Below, piece by piece: positions 8,574-12,571 of a stretch of DNA of 12,571 nucleotides. The translations under genes were made by a program, and so were the position numbers. The number at the start of each line of letters is the position of its first letter. The stretch's first letter is position 1. This DNA comes from Myxococcota bacterium (lineage in GTDB: Bacteria > Myxococcota_A > UBA796 > SXON01). The notes under the pieces were generated by a model. It did not search any database. It was not told the DNA's origin and saw only the letters and a list, made by a program, of their open reading frames with translations. The DNA lies in assembly GCA_040386535.1 (NCBI GenBank), contig JAZKFH010000071.1, forward strand, positions 1 to 12,571. The letters are read 5' to 3'.

Positions 8574-8831
8574 TCGCGGACGGGCGGGGCGCGCGGGCCC
8601 GACGGTAGTGTCCCAACGGTGGGCGACGCGACGCTGACCCAGGAGATCCCCCACGCACCGTTCTGCGCGGGCACCCTCTCCGAGGACGACTCTACTATTC
8701 TTGCGTCGAGACGGTCGCGACCAAGGCCGCCAGCGCGCACGATTGCCTGGGTTTCCAGACCGACGGGCGCAACCGCCTCCCGCCCGGCGCGCACCTGGGA
8801 CGAAAGGGGGCGACAAGCAGTTCTCCCCGGA

Positions 8832-9015
8832 GCCATGCCCCAGTGAGTGCACGTTTTCCTCAGTCATGTCCCCATGAGTGAGCGAACTGGGCGTCCTTCA
8901 CCAGGACGATGTGGAAATAGTGACGTTTGGTCCGTGCCGACACCGAGGGAACCGTGCCTGGACGGGCGTTCGAGGGGGCATGACTTGGATTTCCGCTCGT
9001 TCACGGTGGCATGAC
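8832..9015. repeat. Four copies of an ~18-bp motif (consensus about GTCATGYCMCCRTGARYG) arranged as two inverted pairs, each with 31-bp spacing
   Basis: + strand: 8832 GCCATGCCCCAGTGAGTG and 8863 GTCATGTCCCCATGAGTG. - strand: from 8984 GTCATGCCCCCTCGAACG and from 9015 GTCATGCCACCGTGAACG. Confidence 0.6.
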
Positions 9016-9045
9016 CCCCGCGGTGTACAAGGAGGGGCTCGAACC
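8992..9045 (+). repeat. 54-bp direct repeat, copy 1
   Basis: 52/54 identical to 12492-12545. Confidence 0.95.
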
Positions 9046-9104
9046 CCGTGCCGCCAGGCCATGAAATTCCGGCCCTCTGCGTGCCTCTTTTCCTGCCTTC
9101 CTCT

Positions 9105-9109
9105 ATTCC
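9105..9109 (+). repeat. Target site duplication ATTCC (left)
   Basis: Immediately precedes TGT at 9110; identical to 12332-12336. Confidence 0.9.
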
Positions 9110-9197
9110 TGTTGGCAGCGCCCCAAACCCGCCCCAATTCGGCGAGCAACGCGAGCACCACCATCCTGCACGGCGAGCAACGCGCGTGGTCACCATC
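9110..9197. repeat. IS right end (IRR) with internal repeated putative IstA-binding sites
   Basis: TGTTGGCAGCGCCCCAAACCCGCCCCAATTCGGCGAGCAACGC; CGGCGAGCAACGCG occurs at 9140 and 9171 (31-bp spacing), each followed by CACCATC. Confidence 0.85.
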
Positions 9198-9216
9198 GTG
9201 GATGGTGACCACGCGC
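9182..9216 (-). terminator. Perfect 16-bp hairpin just downstream of istB; possible terminator or mRNA stabiliser
   Basis: GCGCGTGGTCACCATC-GTG-GATGGTGACCACGCGC, 7 nt after the istB stop; no U-tract. Confidence 0.55.
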
Positions 9217-9223
9217 CCTCGCG

Positions 9224-9937
9224 TTACCGAGTGCGCCCGCGCGCCTCTTTGAGCCGGTAGGACTCCGCCTCGATCTGCACGATCTCGCAGTGGTGAACGA
9301 GTCGGTCGACGAGCGGAACGACACACGTCGCGTTGGGGAACAGTTCGCCCCAGTCGGTGAACGCTCGGTTGGTCGTCACGATGATCGAACGGCCCATCTC
9401 GTACCGGCGGTTCACGACCTCGAACAGCACGTCCGCGTGGCGGTTCCCGTACGCGACGTACCCCAGCTCGTCGATCACGAGGACGCCAGGGCTCGTGTAC
9501 CGGCGGAAGGTGCGGTGCAGGGCCGCCGTGCTGTCCTGGGCCGCGAGCTCCGTGAGCATCGTGCTCGCGGTGGTGAACCGCGCCGTCCGCCCGGTCTTGA
9601 TGACGGCGTGTGCGAGGTTCTTGCCGATCATCGTCTTTCCGATGCCGTTCGGTCCTACGAGGACGACGTTGGCGCCCTCGTCCACGAAGCCGAGGAGGAA
9701 CAGGGCCTCGATCGTCTTCCGGTCGACCTTGGTCGGCCACTTCCAGTCGAAGTCGGCCATCGGCTTGAACTTGCCGAGGCGGCTGTTCTTCATGCGCCGG
9801 TCGAGGCCGCGGTGCTGACGCTCCTCGGTCTCGATGGCGATGACGCGGGCGAGCCAGGGCTCGTCTCGAACCTCGTCGAGTCGCGCGGCGAGGCCCAGGA
9901 GCCCGAGCGCGCGGAGGCGCGTGCGGGGGTCATCCAT
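9224..9937 (-). CDS. istB: IS21-family helper AAA+ ATPase IstB (237 aa)
   Basis: Walker A GPNGIGKT, Walker B VLVIDELGY, IIVTTNRAF, VDRLVHH, ESYRLK; start overlaps the istA stop (ATGGATGA). Confidence 0.97.
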   Translation of the reverse strand: MDDPRTRLRALGLLGLAARLDEVRDEPWLARVIAIETEERQHRGLDRRMKNSRLGKFKPMADFDWKWPTKVDRKTIEALFLLGFVDEGANVVLVGPNGIGKTMIGKNLAHAVIKTGRTARFTTASTMLTELAAQDSTAALHRTFRRYTSPGVLVIDELGYVAYGNRHADVLFEVVNRRYEMGRSIIVTTNRAFTDWGELFPNATCVVPLVDRLVHHCEIVQIEAESYRLKEARGRTR

Positions 9938-11429
9938 TGTGACCTCCGCTGTTGCCGGCGAGCTGGTCGTACGCGTGGAGCGTGCGGGGTGGCACCACGA
10001 CGTTTCGCACGCGCGGATCGTTTGGGAGGGTCACCGCGATGGGCGGCGGCTGGTCGGTGTCCTGGCGGCGACGATCGAGGACCTGCCGGACGGCGCTCGG
10101 GTGCGGGGCGTCGGCACCCAGCGCCTCCTGGATGGCCACTGTGAGCTCTTCGGCGCCGAAGGCGTCCAGCAGCTCGCCCAGGCGGGCTACGGCCCCGCCG
10201 ATGTTGCCTCCGCGCTCGGCCAGCGCCTCGATGAGGCGCCGCGCGTCAGGGACGGCGGTGAACAGCCGAGGCATGCCGCGGCTCTCGCTCGCCTTTGCCT
10301 TGTGCACGACGAGCGCCTCGATGTGCGCGGGGTCTTCGACCATGCATCCTTTGCCCCAGGAGCGGGCATGGCGGGCGATCTCCTCGTTGCTGTCGAGCAC
10401 GCGGACGGTGTCGGGGGACGCGACGACCGTGACGGCGCGGCGCACCCGCGTGTGCGGGACGCTGTAGTCGTTGGTGTCGAAGCGGGCGTAGGGCGTCTTG
10501 CCGATGACCACCTCGACGCGGTCCTCAACCGGGAACGCGTCGTCAGGCAGGGGGAGCAGCTTCGCCTTCTCCTCCAGGAACGCGCCGTGCACGGTCAGCG
10601 TCTTGTCCTCGGGGTGCCTCCGGGCGCCGCGGACGTCGCGGCACCAGGCCTCGGCCTGGCGGTTCAGATCCGCGAGGTCCGTCCACGTCCGGGCAGGCAT
10701 GAAGCTCTCGCGCACGTCGCGGATCCCGCGCTCCACCCGACCCTTCTCGTTGCCACGGCGTGGCGCGCACGGGCGCACTTCGTAGCGGTGGTGCCCTGCG
10801 AACCCGAGCAACGTCTGGTTGAACACGATCGCCTTTCCGATCCGCTGGATGACCGCCGACTTGAGGTTGTCGTAGAGCACGACGCGGGGCACGCCGCCGA
10901 GCTCCTCGAACGCCGCGGCGTGATGGCCGAGGAAGCTGCCCATGCGCTGGTCCACGCCGAAGCGTAGGAACATCCACCGCGACCACGCGAGCACCATCAC
11001 GAACGCGACGAGCGGGCGGCGCGTGCCGTCGATCTCGATGTGTCCGAAGTGGCCCCAGTCGACCTGCGCCTGCTCGCCCGGAAGGGTGGACAGACGCAGA
11101 TACGCCTCTGCGGCCTTCTTCGGGCGGTACCGGCCGATGATCGCGCGGAAGTGGTCCGGCCCGCCGTCGTAGCCGCGCCCCTTCACCATCTGGTACAGAA
11201 CGCTCGCCGCGAGGTCGGGGAAGGCCTCGAGGGTCTCGAGGACGAACGGCACGAACGGGTCGATCTTGGACGTGCGCGTGAGCATGGCGGTGAGCGGCAC
11301 GCCATCCCGCCGGAGCGTCCGGCGCACAGTCGAGTGGTGCACCTCGAGGTGCCGGCCGATGGTGCCGATCGGCCACTTCTCCGCGTGGAACAGGCGGCGG
11401 ATCTTCGCCTCCAAATCGGCCGAGATCAC
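9930..11429 (-). CDS. istA: IS21-family DDE transposase IstA (499 aa)
   Basis: N-terminal HTH (IGTIGRHLEVHHSTVRR), PGEQAQVDWG (D), LYDNLKSAV (D), EKGRVER (E), NDYSVP. GGAGG lies 5 nt upstream of GTG 11429. Confidence 0.97.
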   Translation of the reverse strand: MISADLEAKIRRLFHAEKWPIGTIGRHLEVHHSTVRRTLRRDGVPLTAMLTRTSKIDPFVPFVLETLEAFPDLAASVLYQMVKGRGYDGGPDHFRAIIGRYRPKKAAEAYLRLSTLPGEQAQVDWGHFGHIEIDGTRRPLVAFVMVLAWSRWMFLRFGVDQRMGSFLGHHAAAFEELGGVPRVVLYDNLKSAVIQRIGKAIVFNQTLLGFAGHHRYEVRPCAPRRGNEKGRVERGIRDVRESFMPARTWTDLADLNRQAEAWCRDVRGARRHPEDKTLTVHGAFLEEKAKLLPLPDDAFPVEDRVEVVIGKTPYARFDTNDYSVPHTRVRRAVTVVASPDTVRVLDSNEEIARHARSWGKGCMVEDPAHIEALVVHKAKASESRGMPRLFTAVPDARRLIEALAERGGNIGGAVARLGELLDAFGAEELTVAIQEALGADAPHPSAVRQVLDRRRQDTDQPPPIAVTLPNDPRVRNVVVPPRTLHAYDQLAGNSGGHNG

Positions 11430-11785
11430 GACCACCTCCCATGGAGCAGCCGAAGCTGGCGGAAGTCACCCACGCCGCGGAGCGTCCGTCGACGTTGGCC
11501 CGGCGCGAGCATGTCGAAGCGCACGAGCGCGCTGTCCAGGGGAAGGAACCCATCCCCGAAGAGGGCCTCCGCGCAGCGCCGATCCACCGAGGGCCCCGCA
11601 GAAACCGCAGCGGTGAGCGGCTGGCCGACCCACAGCGACAGCGACTCCAGCAGCGTGAGCAGCGCCCGAGGGTGCTGCGGCATCAGCGGCAGCGCCGCCT
11701 TCAGGACCTCGTTCTGCTCCGGGTCCGTCATCAACAGGCGCACCGACCGCCGGGTCGGCTGCACCGTCGTCTTCCACGTGTCCAT
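11426..11785 (-). CDS. IS-internal hypothetical protein (119 aa), translationally coupled to istA
   Basis: GGAGG before ATG 11785, strongly GC-rich third positions, globular composition (MDTWKTTVQPTRRSVRLLMT...), and a stop overlapping the istA start (GTGA). Confidence 0.8.
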   Translation of the reverse strand: MDTWKTTVQPTRRSVRLLMTDPEQNEVLKAALPLMPQHPRALLTLLESLSLWVGQPLTAAVSAGPSVDRRCAEALFGDGFLPLDSALVRFDMLAPGQRRRTLRGVGDFRQLRLLHGRWS

Positions 11786-12125
11786 CTTCGACCTCCGCCT
11801 CGACGGGGTTGAGCGTCGAGGAGCGCGCAAACCCTGACGCGGTCGAGCTCGTAGCGGGAGCCGGATCCCCCACGGGAGGCAGCAGGCCGGCCCTCCGACG
11901 ACGGCGACGGCGCTCTGCGTTCCGGTGCTCTCGGCGTCCTTTGGGGGTGCGACGGTAGGCCCTTCGAGCGCGGCGGCGCGAAGCCGTACGTCGCAACGGC
12001 GAGCACGTCGGACAGTAGATGTTCGACCGGTCGCAACCCGAACAGATCACGACGTGCGAGCAGCAGCAGCGGCAGGAGTACAGGCGGTGGAAGGGGCAGA
12101 TCGCAGGGGTCCGGCCCCAGAGCAC
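11466..12125 (-). CDS. IS-internal Cys-rich putative Zn-finger / Arg-rich protein (up to 219 aa)
   Basis: RLYSCRCCCSHVVICSGCDRSNIYCPTC (three CxxC-like pairs), an Arg-rich stretch, an acidic/Ala linker, and a distal HRCGFCG. Start (GTG 12125) is uncertain. Confidence 0.65.
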   Translation of the reverse strand: MLWGRTPAICPFHRLYSCRCCCSHVVICSGCDRSNIYCPTCSPLRRTASRRRARRAYRRTPKGRREHRNAERRRRRRRAGLLPPVGDPAPATSSTASGFARSSTLNPVEAEVEDGHVEDDGAADPAVGAPVDDGPGAERGPEGGAAADAAAPSGAAHAAGVAVAVGRPAAHRCGFCGALGGSALRGGPLRGWVPSPGQRARALRHARAGPTSTDAPRRG

Positions 12126-12288
12126 TCGACGGGCGGGCTCCGATCGGCCACGTTGGCGCGGGGTGCGCCGCCGTGATCGCCGGGGGCCGCTCCAGGGGGC
12201 TCGGCGTTGCAGCGCCGGGCCCCCACCACCGGGGACTGGGGACCGTCTACCGCGAGCGCGTACTCGATGCTGACGATGGCGGCGTCAG

Positions 12289-12331
12289 GCGCTGCTCGCC
12301 GGGAGGGCGCGGATTTGGGTCACCGTTGACA
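12289..12331. repeat. IS left end (IRL)
   Basis: Minus strand TGTCAACGGTGACCCAAATCCGCGCCCTCCCGGCGAGCAGCGC, 30/43 match to IRR. Confidence 0.88.
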
Positions 12332-12336
12332 ATTCC
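12332..12336 (+). repeat. Target site duplication ATTCC (right)
   Basis: Immediately follows ...TTGACA at 12331. Confidence 0.9.
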
Positions 12337-12406
12337 TGCTTTCCTGATTTTCCGGCTTCGGAACTTCGGAGAATCAGGAAGGCAGGAAACAAGGAAGGCA
12401 GGAGAA
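12333..12406 (+). repeat. Long palindrome built from AGGAAGGCAGGA-type repeats; its outer left arm lies at 9088-9109
   Basis: 12333-12354 pairs with 12367-12388 (22 bp including 2 G-T pairs); 9092-9102 CCTGCCTTCCT pairs perfectly with 12392-12402. Confidence 0.85.
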
Positions 12407-12491
12407 ATACAGGAGAGGAGCCTGCCCTTCCTCAGGACTCCGGCGAATCAGGAACGCAGGTAGCACCGAACGCAGGAAGAAAGAAGCCATC

Positions 12492-12545
12492 TCCGCTCGT
12501 TCACGGTGGCATGACCCCCGCGGCGTACAAGCAGGGGCTCGAACC
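12492..12545 (+). repeat. 54-bp direct repeat, copy 2
   Basis: 52/54 identical to 8992-9045. Confidence 0.95.
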
Positions 12546-12571
12546 AGGTGCTGACCCACCGCTGCGACGAC

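Larger units (their letters stand above)
9110..12331 (-). mobile_element. Complete IS21-family insertion sequence (3,222 bp) with two accessory ORFs
   Basis: istA and istB; TGT...ACA ends; terminal 43 bp align without gaps at 30/43; flanked by ATTCC direct repeats. Confidence 0.95.

Noticed and set aside
8610..8623. 12/14 inverted match to 12555-12568 as ends of a larger composite element
   Set aside because: Too short and GC-rich to be significant, and no TSD can be tested at the window edge.
9007..9031. Minus-strand CTTGTACACCGC resembling the 16S rRNA 1390 region
   Set aside because: Short, gapped match with no surrounding rRNA similarity.
8992..9045. Integron attC site
   Set aside because: Lacks RYYYAAC...GTTRRRY boxes in the correct order; no cassette ORFs or integrase.
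9030..9050. tRNA T-arm-like GGTTCGAGCCCC on the minus strand, suggesting a tRNA or att site
   Set aside because: No cloverleaf, acceptor stem or CCA, and the stem is not conserved in the second copy.
11430..11468. Readthrough fusion of the Cys-rich ORF to IstA (same frame, one TGA between them)
   Set aside because: istA has its own strong SD and GTGA coupling; sharing a frame has a 1-in-3 chance and no recoding signal is visible.
12326..12354. Outward-facing TTGACA at the IS end forming a hybrid promoter
   Set aside because: The perfect -35 is simply the IS terminus; there is no TAnnnT at 16-18 bp spacing in the flank.
12511..12571. Small ORF MTPAAYKQGLEP inside the direct repeat
   Set aside because: No SD, both differences between the copies are non-synonymous, and copy 1 stops after 17 codons.

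Overview
Very GC-rich bacterial window; the gene style (FG-GAP/MopE-like surface protein, short 'MLLLLALA' leader) suggests Myxococcota/Deltaproteobacteria, which is an inference. Left 8.6 kb: two tandem rhomboid proteases, a His-bearing membrane protein divergent from a 2Fe-2S ferredoxin, a frameshifted hypothetical gene, a GT-C-like polytopic membrane protein, an FG-GAP repeat gene split by one in-frame amber codon, a NADAR/YbiA protein, an esterase, and two unrelated 51-bp-period hairpin arrays. Right part: a complete 3,222-bp IS21-family element (9110-12331) with TGT...ACA ends, 30/43 imperfect inverted repeats and an ATTCC target duplication. Upstream of istA/istB it carries two extra ORFs overlapping in different frames (a Cys-rich Zn-finger-like/Arg-rich protein and a 119-aa unknown coupled to istA), with a codon signature suggesting both frames are constrained. 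The element sits in the arm of a long palindrome, which itself lies between two 54-bp direct repeats linked to a 31-bp-spaced motif array.
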